Origin: an uncultured Candidatus Saccharibacteria bacterium
GTDB lineage: Bacteria; Patescibacteriota; Minisyncoccia; UBA6257; WO2-44-18
DNA length: 64,000 bases
Assembly: GCA_964637575.1 (NCBI GenBank)
Contig: CAZWVU010000003.1
Span: 1,586-65,585, forward strand
Reading direction: 5' to 3'
The number at the start of each line of letters is the position of its first letter. The first letter of the stretch is position 1. The notes beneath the pieces are model-generated. The model did not search any database. It had not been told where the DNA came from and was given only the letters and a program-made list of their open reading frames with translations. The position numbers were made by a program, and so were the translations under genes. Shown here piece after piece: positions 37,739 to 48,122 of the stretch.

Positions 37739-38803
37739 ATGGAGTCTTTGTTGATCGTGATGCTGGTGGCGGTGGTGGCTGGCTTTGCCGTGATTTTTTT
37801 CTTACTAAAAAATCAGCGCAAAGAACAGGCGCCGGATCAGTCGTTGATAATGCTTCAGAATCAGATGAACGACCTCGCGCGGGTGCTTGATTCCAAGCTC
37901 GGTCAGGTGGCGACCGATTCGAAGCACAGCATCAGCCAGGTATTTCAGGCGATGCAGCAGGAGTCGGGGAGGAGCGCTAAGCTGATCAGCGATGTAACCG
38001 AGAAGCTCACCCGCGTCGACGAGGCGGCCCGGCAGACGCTCGCGATGAACGAGCAGATCAAGAAATTGCAGGACACGCTCACCAATCCGAAACAGCGGGG
38101 GATTCTCGGCGAGTATTTTCTGGAAACGGTGTTGAAGAATGTTTTGCCGCCGGGATCCTATCAGATGCAGTACCCGTTCAAGGATTCGGTGATCGTGGAC
38201 GCGGCGGTGTTTGTCGACAAGCGGATCATTCCGATTGACTCCAAGTTCTCGCTCGAAAACTACAACCGGTTTGCCGCGGCGATCGACCCGCTGGATAAGA
38301 AAAAATATGAAGCGGCGTTTATCGGCGATATCAAGATGCGCATCGACGAAACCTCGAAATACGTTAAGCCGCAGGAGGATACGATGGACTTCGCCTTCAT
38401 GTTTATTCCCTCCGAAGCGATCTACTATGATCTCCTTATCAACAAAGTCGGCTCAACGGCGGAAGATAAAAACCTGATCGCCTACGCGTTCCAGAAGAAG
38501 GTAATCGTGGTCTCGCCGACGTCGTTCCTCGCGTATTTACAAACGGTGCTCCAGGGGCTGCGTAATCAGAAAATTTCCGAGCAGGCGAAGGATATCATCA
38601 AACAGGTGGATAATTTGCGGAAACACCTGATCACCTATGAGGATTATTTCGGGAAGATCGGCAAGAATCTTGGCACGACGGTGAGCGCCTACAACCACGC
38701 CTACAAAGAATTCGCCAAAGTGGACAAGGACATTTTGAAGATCGCCGGCGAAGCCATCGGCGCCGAGGTTCAGCAAATCGAAGCCCCAACGCTCGAAGAA
38801 TAA
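37739..38803 (+). CDS. rmuC: DNA recombination protein RmuC
   Basis: N-terminal TM plus coiled coil and RmuC C-terminal domain. Start trimmed to Met 37739. Confidence 0.85.
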   Translation: MESLLIVMLVAVVAGFAVIFFLLKNQRKEQAPDQSLIMLQNQMNDLARVLDSKLGQVATDSKHSISQVFQAMQQESGRSAKLISDVTEKLTRVDEAARQTLAMNEQIKKLQDTLTNPKQRGILGEYFLETVLKNVLPPGSYQMQYPFKDSVIVDAAVFVDKRIIPIDSKFSLENYNRFAAAIDPLDKKKYEAAFIGDIKMRIDETSKYVKPQEDTMDFAFMFIPSEAIYYDLLINKVGSTAEDKNLIAYAFQKKVIVVSPTSFLAYLQTVLQGLRNQKISEQAKDIIKQVDNLRKHLITYEDYFGKIGKNLGTTVSAYNHAYKEFAKVDKDILKIAGEAIGAEVQQIEAPTLEE

Positions 38804-38805
38804 GG

Positions 38806-38976
38806 CGCTCACCCTCTTCTTCCTCGCTGCGCGCTCCGGTTTGGACACATTATCCCCGCCTCATTTCGGGGATCCCTCCGGAATTCCTCAAGACACCAGT
38901 TCCGGCTTCCCTCTCATGAGCCGAGGTAATGTGTATGCCAACCCTGCGCTCATGCAGCTGCGGAGAAGAGGGTTCG
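38806..38976 (+). repeat. Hairpin element, copy 2 (downstream of rmuC), expanded loop
   Basis: Arms gctcaccctcttcttcctcgc / gcggagaagagggttcgc carry compensatory changes relative to copy 1. Bidirectional terminator at 38995-39019. Confidence 0.5.
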
Positions 38977-39017
38977 CTAGTTTTATCTTTAAAATAAAAA
39001 ATCCCCGAAGGGATTTT

Positions 39018-39206
39018 TTAGTACAGCCACTCGCGGTCGGGCTTCTGGTCCGGTTCGCAATGAAACATGATCACCCACACTATCAGCATGGCCATGCCGG
39101 CCATCGCAGCCACAAACCCAACCTTTTCCGATTTCGGGTAGGGTCCGAGAATTATGCCAGCCATGATCAGAAAAAAACCGCCGAAGAAAACGAGCGCCTT
39201 GCCCAA
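39018..39206 (-). CDS. Small 2-TM membrane protein (hypothetical)
   Basis: 62 aa hydrophobic ORF. Confidence 0.35.
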   Translation of the reverse strand: MGKALVFFGGFFLIMAGIILGPYPKSEKVGFVAAMAGMAMLIVWVIMFHCEPDQKPDREWLY

Positions 39207-39253
39207 CGGGTCCTCCTTTCAAGAACTGATGTCAGTGTATAAACTAAGGTGGA

Positions 39254-39973
39254 ATGAATCAAGAAGTGATCGCCAAGCGCCAACAACAAGTTTTGCACGA
39301 CAAGAAGTGGATCAAATTTTTACGGCGGACGTGGCTGTTCCGGCATATTCCATTCGTGGAATTCGCGGTGGCGGCGGGATCGCTCGCGACGGGGAATGTT
39401 CACGCGGACTCGGACTTTGATGTGATCATCGGCGCGCGGACGGGGCGGATTTTCACCGCGCGGTTTTTCTGCGTGCTGGCCTTCGGTCTTTTCGGCTGGC
39501 GGCGGAAGCGGCTCCACGGAGCCGACGCCGATACGACGTATAAGTCCAATAAGACCTATAGGTCTTATACTGCTGACAAAGTCTGTCTGAATCATTTTGT
39601 TACCGCGGCGTCATATCGGTTAGCGCCGCCGCACAATGCTTATTGGAAACATCTTTATGGGAATCTCGTGCCGGTGTTCGGCAGCGCCGGAAGGATTAAA
39701 AAATTTTTTGCGGCGAATGAAGATTGGGCAGAAGGGCGGGGATACGAAATCGATCTCCGGCATCTTCACCAGACCGATTCCCGGATAAAAAAAATACGGG
39801 AATTCCTCCTTGGCGGAAGGTTCGGCGACTGGCTGGAGCGGAAGTTGAAGGCAGTGCAGGTGGCGCGGATTGAGAAAAGTTTCCAGAAAGAAGCCGGCTA
39901 CAAACCGCGCATCATTTACCGCGATGACGAGCTGGAGTTCCATCCGGATACGCGGCGCACGGAAGCCAATTGA
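39254..39973 (+). CDS. Nucleotidyltransferase-domain protein (Pol beta superfamily)
   Basis: GSLATGNVHADSDFDVI matches the GS…D.D NTase motif. Confidence 0.6.
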   Translation: MNQEVIAKRQQQVLHDKKWIKFLRRTWLFRHIPFVEFAVAAGSLATGNVHADSDFDVIIGARTGRIFTARFFCVLAFGLFGWRRKRLHGADADTTYKSNKTYRSYTADKVCLNHFVTAASYRLAPPHNAYWKHLYGNLVPVFGSAGRIKKFFAANEDWAEGRGYEIDLRHLHQTDSRIKKIREFLLGGRFGDWLERKLKAVQVARIEKSFQKEAGYKPRIIYRDDELEFHPDTRRTEAN

Positions 39974-40026
39974 TTTTTTTGACCGCGCATTCTATCATTG
40001 AGCAAGTTCTTTTACTAAGAGGCCTC

Positions 40027-40470
40027 ATGGACCGAGACGTCGGGCTTCAGCAGGAGGAGAAATGTCTGGAGGCGGTATATGCGCTGCAGTGCCGCGGCTG
40101 GCAATTCAACGGGTTCACGCTGCTGAAAGCAGTCAGAACGTACGGCCATCCACGTCCGGAAATCCGGAGATTTGACGGAAGGAGTAAGGCCGACCTTATT
40201 ATCCTTTTCCGCCATGCGGACTGTGAGTATCCGCTGGTGCTGGTATTGCAGGTGAAGTCCACCCATAAGTCGTTCAGGCGCTTCAAGAACAGTCCCAGCA
40301 AGAAAAATATCAAGTGCATCTGGATCCGGCCGAGCGAACCCCTGAAATTCGTAATGGCGGAACTGAACAGGATTTTTCAGGAAGTTTTCTCGCTGGAAGT
40401 GAAGAAAAACCCTTTCCTGCGCCGCAATCTTTCCAAAAAAACACTCAAAATTCTTTATGAGGGCCCCTAG
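40027..40470 (+). CDS. Hypothetical protein, possible PD-(D/E)xK-like fold
   Basis: AAGAGG RBS 4 nt before ATG 40027. The ORF track starts at TTG 39970, overlapping the NTase stop. Terminator at 40462-40487. Confidence 0.45.
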   Translation: MDRDVGLQQEEKCLEAVYALQCRGWQFNGFTLLKAVRTYGHPRPEIRRFDGRSKADLIILFRHADCEYPLVLVLQVKSTHKSFRRFKNSPSKKNIKCIWIRPSEPLKFVMAELNRIFQEVFSLEVKKNPFLRRNLSKKTLKILYEGP

Positions 40471-40520
40471 CAAAGGGGCCTTTTTTGTCTTACTATGATG
40501 GCGTTCATTGAGAGGTGAAT

Positions 40521-41438
40521 ATGGATTTGGAACACATCCGCATCAACCGGAGCGCGGTGGAAGCGCGGGCGAAGACGCTCGGCACGCGCCGGACATTCAA
40601 GGTGGAAGCCCAGGCGGCCTGCTATCTGAATATCGTCCGGTGCATCGATCTCACGACGCTGAAAGGCGACGACACGGAAGGCCGCGTGGAGCGGCTCTGC
40701 GCCAAAGCGCTCAATCCCGTGGACCGCGTACTTCTGGGGAAAATGAATCTCGCGACGCTGCCGATCACGGTCGGCGCGGTTTGCGTGTATCCGAATCTGG
40801 TGCCTGCGGCGGCCAATGCGCTCCGCGGCCGGGTTCCGGTGGCGTCGGTCGCGACGGGATTTCCCGCCGGACAGACGCCGTATGCGAGCCGGGAAAAGGA
40901 AATCGAAATGGCGATCGGCTATGGCGCCGCGGAAATTGACATTGTCATTCCGCGCGCCAAAGTGTTCGCCGGCCGCTGGCAGTCATTGTATGAAGAGCTC
41001 ACGCTCCTGCGCGATGCCTGTGGCAAGGCCAGAATGAAAACCATTCTCGGCGTCGGCGATTTGAAAACGCTCGACAATGTCGCGAAGGCGGCGGCGGTCG
41101 CGATCGCGGCGAGCCGCAACGGCGATTTCATCAAAACATCGACGGGGTTTGAGGATACCAACGCGACGCTGGAAACCGGCCTGGTCATGGCGCGCCAGAT
41201 CCGCGAAAGCGGACGGCGCATCGGACTGAAACCGGCGGGTGGGATCAAAACCGCGAAGGACGCGATGCTCTGGTATGCGCTGATGCTCGAAGAGCTCGGC
41301 GAAGACTGGTGCCGGCCGGAGCTGTTCCGGATCGGCGCCTCCAGCGGACAGGAAGGATTGCTCAACGACATCAATCGTCAGCTTTCCCATCTTGTACGCG
41401 GAACGTATTCGGCATTCCATCGTCAGTCAATTGGATAG
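40521..41438 (+). CDS. deoC: Deoxyribose-phosphate aldolase
   Basis: Lys-containing IKTSTGF and LKPAGGIKT motifs; the DeoC fold is conserved throughout. Confidence 0.85.
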   Translation: MDLEHIRINRSAVEARAKTLGTRRTFKVEAQAACYLNIVRCIDLTTLKGDDTEGRVERLCAKALNPVDRVLLGKMNLATLPITVGAVCVYPNLVPAAANALRGRVPVASVATGFPAGQTPYASREKEIEMAIGYGAAEIDIVIPRAKVFAGRWQSLYEELTLLRDACGKARMKTILGVGDLKTLDNVAKAAAVAIAASRNGDFIKTSTGFEDTNATLETGLVMARQIRESGRRIGLKPAGGIKTAKDAMLWYALMLEELGEDWCRPELFRIGASSGQEGLLNDINRQLSHLVRGTYSAFHRQSIG

Positions 41439-41448
41439 GAGGTGCTGT

Positions 41449-43845
41449 TTGAATACCGGTACAATCAGGGAATTTCTGGACCATCCGGGGTATGGCCCCG
41501 CGCCGGAATCGGACGCGAATGTCCGCGCATGGCTGAAAAAATACGACGGAAAATTCAGCCACTTCATCAACGGAGAATGGATCGCGGCGGATCCGGAAAA
41601 ACGTTTTCCCACGATCTGTCCGGCGACGAAAGAAGTCCTTGCCGAAGTGGCACAGGGCCAGCGCGCCGATGTTGATCTCGCGATGGCAGCCGCCGACACA
41701 GCAGGCGATTCCTGGAAGAAGCTCGGAGGATACGGCCGCGCCCGCTACTTGTACGCGATCGCGCGCTGCCTGCAGAAACACGCCCGGCTGTTCGCGGTGC
41801 TGGAATCGCTCAATAATGGAAAGTCTATCCGCGAAACCCGCGACATTGATATTCCGCTCGCGATCCGGCACTTCTATTACCATGCCGGCTGGGCAACGCG
41901 GCATGAACACGAATTTCCCGACATGCGGGCCGGCGGCGTGGTGGGCCAGGTCATTCCCTGGAACTTCCCGCTGTTGATGCTCGCCTGGAAGATCGCTCCT
42001 GCGATCGCAGTGGGCAACACGGTGGTGCTGAAGCCGGCGGAAACGACGCCGCTCACGGCACTGATGTTTGCCGAAATGCTCAAGGAAGAAGTCGGCCTGC
42101 CGCCCGGCGTGGTGAATATTGTCACCGGCGACGGGACAACAGGCGAATATATCGTGAACCATCCGGTTCCGTGGAAAATCGCTTTTACCGGATCGACGGA
42201 GGTCGGACGGATTATCCGCAAGGCCACTGCCGGAACGGGAAAGCGGTTGACGCTGGAACTCGGCGGCAAGTCGCCGTTTGTGGTGTATGCCGATGCCGAT
42301 CTGGATTCAGCGGTTGAAGGAGTCGTCAACGCGATCTGGTTCAATCAGGGCCAGGTCTGCTGTGCCGGCTCGCGTCTGCTCGTCGAGGAGAGCGTCTCCG
42401 CGCGGTTCATTGAAAAACTCAAGACAAGAATGAAGAAGCTTCGCGCCGGTCATCCGCTCGACAAGGCGATCGACATGGGCGCCATCAATTCCGAAGCGCA
42501 GTTCTGCAAAATCAGGGAGCTCGTCGAGTTGGGAAAACAGGAAGGCGGGGAAGTGTGGCAGCCCGAAAACTGGCTGCCCGATCTTGTCGGCTACTATTTT
42601 CCGCCGACGTTGATCGAACATGTTTCGCAGTCCGGCACGCTGGCCCAGGAAGAAATTTTCGGGCCGGTGCTGGTGTGCATGAGCTTCCGTACTCCCAGAG
42701 AGGCGGTGGAGCTCGCCAACAACACGCGTTACGGTCTCGCGGCGTCCGTGTGGAGCCAGGATATTGATAGGGCGTTTTACACGGCGAAGAAGATCAAGGC
42801 CGGAACGGTCTGGATCAACGGCACGAATCTGTTCGACGCCTCTTCCGGATTCGGCGGCTACCGCGAAAGCGGGTATGGCCGCGAAGGCGGAAGTGAAGGC
42901 GTCCGGGAATATCTGAAGGAGTCAGAAGTCCGGGAATACACCCATCCGGCGGCGTTCTTTATGAAGGATGTGATGCCGGAGGTTCGTGACGCGGAAGTAA
43001 TCGACCGGACGTATCGACTGTACATCGGCGGAAAACTTGTCCGTCCCGATGGTGAGGCGAATTTTCCGGCGCGCGGCTATCGCGGGTGCCTGTTGGGCAG
43101 GCTGCCCGACGCCAACCGCAAGGATGTCCGCAATGCTGTGGAGGCAGCGCGGAACGCGCAGGAGGCGTGGGCGGATCAGACCGCCGACCTTCGCGCGAAA
43201 ATTCTTTACTTTCTCGCGGAAAATCTTCAGGCGCAGAAACAGCGTTTTGGCGGATATGTGGCATTGGAATCGCACGGTTCCGAGAAGGCGGGTCTCGCCG
43301 AAGTGGAGATCTGCTGTTCCCGGCTGTTTGATTACGCGGCGCTCTGCGACAAGTTTGAGGGACGGGTCCATTCGGTTCCGGACCGGGCACTCGTTGCGGC
43401 ATTGAAAGAGCCGATCGGCGTGATCGGAATCCGCGGAGCCGACGAATACCCACTGCTGGGGATGATCGGCGCAATCGCTCCCGCAATCGCAATGGGCAAC
43501 ACGGTGGTCTATATCGCCGGCAAATATTCCTATACGGCAATGGAATGCATCCAGGTTCTCCAGAACTCGGACATCCCGGCCGGCGTGGTGAATATTGTGT
43601 CGGCGCACAAGCCCGAGGCGCTCGCGAAGGTGCTCGCGGAACACGAAGACGTGGACGCAATGTGGTATTTCGGTGATGCGGCCGGCAGTACCATGGCGGA
43701 AGCACTGTCCGTCAGCAACATGAAGCGGGTGTGGACATCCTATGGCGCACCGCTGGATTGGCTGAACGGAGGCAACTCCGCGGTGCTCAAGTTCCTCTAT
43801 GAAGCGACGCAAGTGAAAAACATCTGGTCCCCCTACGGAGTGTAG
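41449..43845 (+). CDS. Aldehyde dehydrogenase (NAD+) with extra C-terminal ALDH-like half domain
   Basis: ELGGKSP and CCAGSR catalytic motifs fall in the first ~480 aa. The C-terminal ~300 aa repeat an ALDH N-terminal-like fold without a catalytic Cys. GGAGG RBS then TTG 41449. Confidence 0.8.
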   Translation: MNTGTIREFLDHPGYGPAPESDANVRAWLKKYDGKFSHFINGEWIAADPEKRFPTICPATKEVLAEVAQGQRADVDLAMAAADTAGDSWKKLGGYGRARYLYAIARCLQKHARLFAVLESLNNGKSIRETRDIDIPLAIRHFYYHAGWATRHEHEFPDMRAGGVVGQVIPWNFPLLMLAWKIAPAIAVGNTVVLKPAETTPLTALMFAEMLKEEVGLPPGVVNIVTGDGTTGEYIVNHPVPWKIAFTGSTEVGRIIRKATAGTGKRLTLELGGKSPFVVYADADLDSAVEGVVNAIWFNQGQVCCAGSRLLVEESVSARFIEKLKTRMKKLRAGHPLDKAIDMGAINSEAQFCKIRELVELGKQEGGEVWQPENWLPDLVGYYFPPTLIEHVSQSGTLAQEEIFGPVLVCMSFRTPREAVELANNTRYGLAASVWSQDIDRAFYTAKKIKAGTVWINGTNLFDASSGFGGYRESGYGREGGSEGVREYLKESEVREYTHPAAFFMKDVMPEVRDAEVIDRTYRLYIGGKLVRPDGEANFPARGYRGCLLGRLPDANRKDVRNAVEAARNAQEAWADQTADLRAKILYFLAENLQAQKQRFGGYVALESHGSEKAGLAEVEICCSRLFDYAALCDKFEGRVHSVPDRALVAALKEPIGVIGIRGADEYPLLGMIGAIAPAIAMGNTVVYIAGKYSYTAMECIQVLQNSDIPAGVVNIVSAHKPEALAKVLAEHEDVDAMWYFGDAAGSTMAEALSVSNMKRVWTSYGAPLDWLNGGNSAVLKFLYEATQVKNIWSPYGV

Positions 43846-43919
43846 GGGGATTTTTTTATCCATTTGACAACGAATAGTAAATTTTGTTTAATTTTCATCA
43901 GTACGTTTGAGAGGGTTTT

Positions 43920-44213
43920 ATGAGCTCGAAGAGCCGCATCGCAATCAGGGGTCAGGGGTTGGAAGATCCGGAGCTGGAAGTGGACGCGACGGTCTTCCAT
44001 GGAAGGGTCTGCATTTCGTTCAAGCAGGATGGCAGCAGCCGCCAGCGGAAACTGGCCGATGAACTGCGGCGGACGCTCCACGAGGAACGGGATCCGTCCA
44101 TCGTCCAGAGCGACAAATGCTCCACCATGAACACCCGCTTCCCGACGATTTCCGAAATGCTGGAGTTCCTCAGGAACATCGGTTACAAATGCCGCGAATT
44201 TGCGGCCCGTTGA
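43920..44213 (+). CDS. Small hypothetical protein
   Basis: GAGAGGG RBS; terminator ggcccgttgacaacgggccgttttttt (44205-44230). Confidence 0.45.
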   Translation: MSSKSRIAIRGQGLEDPELEVDATVFHGRVCISFKQDGSSRQRKLADELRRTLHEERDPSIVQSDKCSTMNTRFPTISEMLEFLRNIGYKCREFAAR

Positions 44214-44311
44214 CAACGGGCCGTTTTTTTATATAATGAAATTATTCATGGATGGTCGCTCGCGGAGCGGCCATTCTTTATAAATAAAAGGTTTACCAAA
44301 TTAATTACAAA

Positions 44312-45508
44312 ATGTTTGATTTAAAAACACTGAAAAAGGCGATCGACCAGATTGCCGAAGAGAAGGGAATTGACGCCGGAAAAATCCTGGAAGCAATCGA
44401 GTCTTCCATCGCCGCGGCGTATAAACGGGAATACGGGCAGAGGGGCGAGATGGTGAAGTGCAAATTCGATCTGAAGACCGGCGCCTTGAAATTCTGGCAG
44501 GTAAAAACCGTCGTCGATGAAACTACTGTCCGGATCGTCGAGGAAGGCACGGAAGAGGCGCAGCAGCCGATCCCGGAAAGCAAGCCGGTGGAATTAACAC
44601 CGGAGGGCGAACCGGTGATTCCGCGCTATAACCCCGACCGGCACATGTTTCTGGACGAAGCCAAAAAGGTGAAGGAAGGCGTGAAGCTCGGCGACGAGCT
44701 GGAATTTCCCCTGGAAACGAAGGAAGATTTCGGCCGCATTGCCGCCCAGACCGCGAAGCAGGTCATTCTTCAGCGGCTTCGCGAGGCGGAGCGCGATTCC
44801 GTGCTCGGCGAATTCAAAAACAAGGAAGGCGAGATCGTCAGCGGCATCATCCAGCGTTTTGACCGCGGCAATGTGTATATTGATCTGGGCCGCACGACCG
44901 GCGTGATGTTCTACAATGAAACGATTCCAGGCGAGCACTATCGTGCCGGTGAACGCATGCGTTTTTACGTGGTGGCGGTGCAGTCCGACGCCAAGATGCC
45001 GGGCATTGTCCTCTCCCGCGCCCATCCCCGTTTCGTCAGCAAGTTGTTTGCGATGGAAGTACCGGAAATAAACGACGGCGTGATTGAGGTGAAGTTCATC
45101 GCCCGCGAGCCGGGTAGTCGCACCAAGATCGCGGTGATGTCCAAAGTGGACGGCGTGGATCCGGTGGGATCCTGCGTGGGCCAGCGCGGCACGCGCGTGA
45201 TGGCGGTGTCCAACGAACTTGGCCAGGAAAAACTGGATATTGTAGAATATTCTGAAGACCCGGCGAAATTCATTACGAGCGCTATTTCTCCCGCGAGAGT
45301 GGAGCGTGTGGAAATTTTGCCCCGCCGCGAAGCCCGCGTCTACATTCCGGAGGACCAGTTAAGCTTGGCGATCGGCAAGGGCGGCCAGAACGTCCGTCTC
45401 GCCGCGAAGCTTACGGGCTGGAAGATTGACGTCCGTTCCGCCGCGAAACCGGAGGAAGCCCAGGAAGGCGGCATTGCGGAAGCCGCTGAAGAAAAATCCC
45501 CAGAATAA
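44312..45508 (+). CDS. nusA: Transcription termination/antitermination factor NusA
   Basis: NusA N-terminal domain, S1 and KH domains. Confidence 0.9.
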   Translation: MFDLKTLKKAIDQIAEEKGIDAGKILEAIESSIAAAYKREYGQRGEMVKCKFDLKTGALKFWQVKTVVDETTVRIVEEGTEEAQQPIPESKPVELTPEGEPVIPRYNPDRHMFLDEAKKVKEGVKLGDELEFPLETKEDFGRIAAQTAKQVILQRLREAERDSVLGEFKNKEGEIVSGIIQRFDRGNVYIDLGRTTGVMFYNETIPGEHYRAGERMRFYVVAVQSDAKMPGIVLSRAHPRFVSKLFAMEVPEINDGVIEVKFIAREPGSRTKIAVMSKVDGVDPVGSCVGQRGTRVMAVSNELGQEKLDIVEYSEDPAKFITSAISPARVERVEILPRREARVYIPEDQLSLAIGKGGQNVRLAAKLTGWKIDVRSAAKPEEAQEGGIAEAAEEKSPE

Positions 45509-45612
45509 TTTTAAATTACAAATTTTAATTGAATTTTTAATGACTTAATGTTTTAAACATTGAATCATTGATTCAAAATTGAAAATTTCAAATTTAAAAT
45601 TTACAATCAATA
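45509..45612. repeat. AT-rich repeat cluster in hppA promoter region
   Basis: Contains aaaatttcaaatttaaaatttacaatc and related units. Confidence 0.5.
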
Positions 45613-45614
45613 CT

Positions 45615-47582
45615 ATGAATATTTATTACTTGATCTTCACTCCAGTCGCAGTCGCCATCGGCTACAGTGTCTATATTATGCTCTGGCTGAAGAAACAGCC
45701 GGCGGGAAATGACAAAATGAAGGAAATTTCCCACGCCATCCAGCTCGGTTCTTCCGCATATCTGAACCGGCAGTACAAAACGGTGGCGTATGTCGGCGTT
45801 CCTTTGCTGGTGTTGTTATATCTGGCACTCGGGTGGCTGATGGCGCTCGGATTTTTAGTGGGTGCCTTGGCTTCGGCGCTGGCCGGATACATCGGCATGA
45901 ACGTGGCGGTCCGCTCCAATTCCAAAACTGCCGCCGCGGCTTCCCAGGGAATGGACGCCTCTCTGTCCCTCGCGTTTAAAGCCGGATCGGTTACCGGATT
46001 CCTGGTGGTGGCCCTCGGTCTGCTCGCGGTCGCCGGATTCTATTTCGCGACCGGCAGCGTCCGGTCGCTCATCGGCCTCGGTTTCGGCGCCAGTCTGATT
46101 TCCATCTTCGCCCGTCTCGGCGGCGGTATTTTCACGAAAGCCGCGGATGTCGGCACTGACCTTGTCGGCAAAGTGGAGGCCGGTATTCCGGAAGATGACC
46201 CGCGCAATCCGGGCGTGATCGCCGACAACGTGGGCGATAACGTCGGCGACTGCGCCGGCATGGCCGCCGATCTTTTTGAAACCTATGCCGTGACGCTTAC
46301 CGCGGCGATGCTGCTCGGCGCCTCATTCTTGAAGGGAGCCCAACTCGCCTTTCCGCTCGTGCTCGGTGCGCTCGCGATCATCGCGTCCATTGTCGGGGGA
46401 TGGTTTGCGAAGCTCGGAAAAAATAAAATGGCGATCATGGGCGCTCTGTACAAGGCGCTGGCGGTGGCTTTGGTGGTGTCCGCCGGGCTTTTCTACTGGG
46501 CATCCGCGCACTATTTCCCGGAGAACACGATGGCAGTATTCCTGACGACGCTCATCGGCCTTGTGGTAACTGTGCTCATGGTGCTTGTTACTGATTATTA
46601 TACGGCGAAAAAATTCCGCCCGGTGAAGCTGATTGCTGAAGCCTCCCGCTCCGGCCACGGCACCAATATTATTATGGGTCTTGCCATCGGCATGGAATCC
46701 ACGGCGCTTCCGATCCTGGTGATCGTTGCCGGCATGCTCGGCGCCTACGCGCTGCTCGGCGTGTATGGCATCGCGCTCGCCGCGACCGCCATGCTTTCTG
46801 TCGCAGGTATTGTGGTGGCGATTGATTCCTTCGGCCCGATTACCGACAACGCCGGCGGCATTGCCGAAATGAGCGGCGCTCCGAAGGAAGTCAGGGAAAT
46901 TACCGACGCGCTGGACGCGGTGGGCAACACTACGAAAGCGGTGACCAAGGGATACGCGATCGCGTCCGCCGGACTGGCCGCGGTGGTGCTGTTTGCCGGC
47001 TACGTGGAAGGATTCAATAATTTCGGACGACTCGTGCTCTTTGAGCTGCAGAATCCGTATGTAGTGGCCGGTTTGTTTATAGGCGCGATGATCCCGTTTC
47101 TTTTCAGCTCGATGGCGATGCGCGCCGTCGGTGAGGCCGCGGCCGCGGTAGTGGAGGAGATCCGCCGCCAGTTCCGCGAGATTAAGGGGATTATGGAAGG
47201 AACTGCTAAGCCGGACTACAGCCGCGCGGTGGATATCGTGACGAAGTCCGCTTTGAGCAAAATGATCGTGCCGGCGATTCTGCCGATTGCCGCGGTACTC
47301 TTGACGGGATTTATTCTCGGGCCGGAAGCGCTCGGCGGCCTGCTGGTGGGAACAATTGTGACGGGAATTTTCCTCGGCATTTCGATGACGACCGGCGGCG
47401 CGGCCTGGGACAATGCGAAGAAATATATTGAAGCCGCGGGAGCCAAGGGCACTGACTGGCACAAAGCGGCGGTCACCGGCGACACCGTCGGCGATCCTTA
47501 CAAAGATACCGCCGGTCCGGCGATCAATCCGTTGATCAAAGTCATCAACATCGTGGCCCTCCTGATCGTCTCGCTGCTGTAG
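45615..47582 (+). CDS. hppA: K+/H+-translocating membrane pyrophosphatase
   Basis: [22 protein letters not shown] and [10 protein letters not shown]+-PPase signatures; ~16 TM helices. Confidence 0.9.
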   Translation: MNIYYLIFTPVAVAIGYSVYIMLWLKKQPAGNDKMKEISHAIQLGSSAYLNRQYKTVAYVGVPLLVLLYLALGWLMALGFLVGALASALAGYIGMNVAVRSNSKTAAAASQGMDASLSLAFKAGSVTGFLVVALGLLAVAGFYFATGSVRSLIGLGFGASLISIFARLGGGIFTKAADVGTDLVGKVEAGIPEDDPRNPGVIADNVGDNVGDCAGMAADLFETYAVTLTAAMLLGASFLKGAQLAFPLVLGALAIIASIVGGWFAKLGKNKMAIMGALYKALAVALVVSAGLFYWASAHYFPENTMAVFLTTLIGLVVTVLMVLVTDYYTAKKFRPVKLIAEASRSGHGTNIIMGLAIGMESTALPILVIVAGMLGAYALLGVYGIALAATAMLSVAGIVVAIDSFGPITDNAGGIAEMSGAPKEVREITDALDAVGNTTKAVTKGYAIASAGLAAVVLFAGYVEGFNNFGRLVLFELQNPYVVAGLFIGAMIPFLFSSMAMRAVGEAAAAVVEEIRRQFREIKGIMEGTAKPDYSRAVDIVTKSALSKMIVPAILPIAAVLLTGFILGPEALGGLLVGTIVTGIFLGISMTTGGAAWDNAKKYIEAAGAKGTDWHKAAVTGDTVGDPYKDTAGPAINPLIKVINIVALLIVSLL

Positions 47583-47659
47583 ATTGTTGACAAATCATTA
47601 GAATTTAATTATAGTGTACCTGTTCTTTTGATTGGAGCGTACGCTCGGAAGGAGGAATC

Positions 47660-48043
47660 GTGGGCTCTTTCAAGAAGTGGCTGCTTCTGGTGGGCGTGGT
47701 GGTTCTGGCCGCGGGTTGCGCGCCGTATGGACCCTGGCCGTTCTCGACGGAGGCGCAGCGGCGCGAGCTTCTCATCTATCCCGGCATGACGGTGAAGGAG
47801 GTTCAGGACTGGAAGGGGCATTCCCTCAAGGAGTCGCACCTCAACCCCGCGTCCGGCGCGAGTTTCCAGGCACAATTGCCGGATGATTACACCGGAGTCG
47901 GCTACTGGGGCATCCACCTTTCGCACTGTCTGGAGATTGTGCGGTTCGAGAAGGGCGTGGCGGTGGAGATCAGGTACGGCCGTAACGAATGGGCCGATCT
48001 CGAGTGGAATGACCACATCGCCGAGTTCAACGCCAAGCACTAG
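47660..48043 (+). CDS. Lipoprotein (hypothetical)
   Basis: AAGGAGG RBS then GTG; lipobox LAAGC. Confidence 0.5.
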   Translation: MGSFKKWLLLVGVVVLAAGCAPYGPWPFSTEAQRRELLIYPGMTVKEVQDWKGHSLKESHLNPASGASFQAQLPDDYTGVGYWGIHLSHCLEIVRFEKGVAVEIRYGRNEWADLEWNDHIAEFNAKH

Positions 48044-48122
48044 ACAAGGAAAAACGTTCCCGAAGACCCGGTCAACACTGGGTCTTTTCTTTTGCGGAAA
48101 AATGTTATAATATATTTCAACA

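Noticed and set aside
38806-38976. Integron attC site interpretation of the rmuC-flanking hairpin elements
   Set aside because: End motifs do not match the R''/R' core consensus (RYYYAAC / GTTRRRY), and no integron integrase is nearby.
46323-47462. 379 aa minus-strand ORF
   Set aside because: Antisense to the H+-pyrophosphatase gene.
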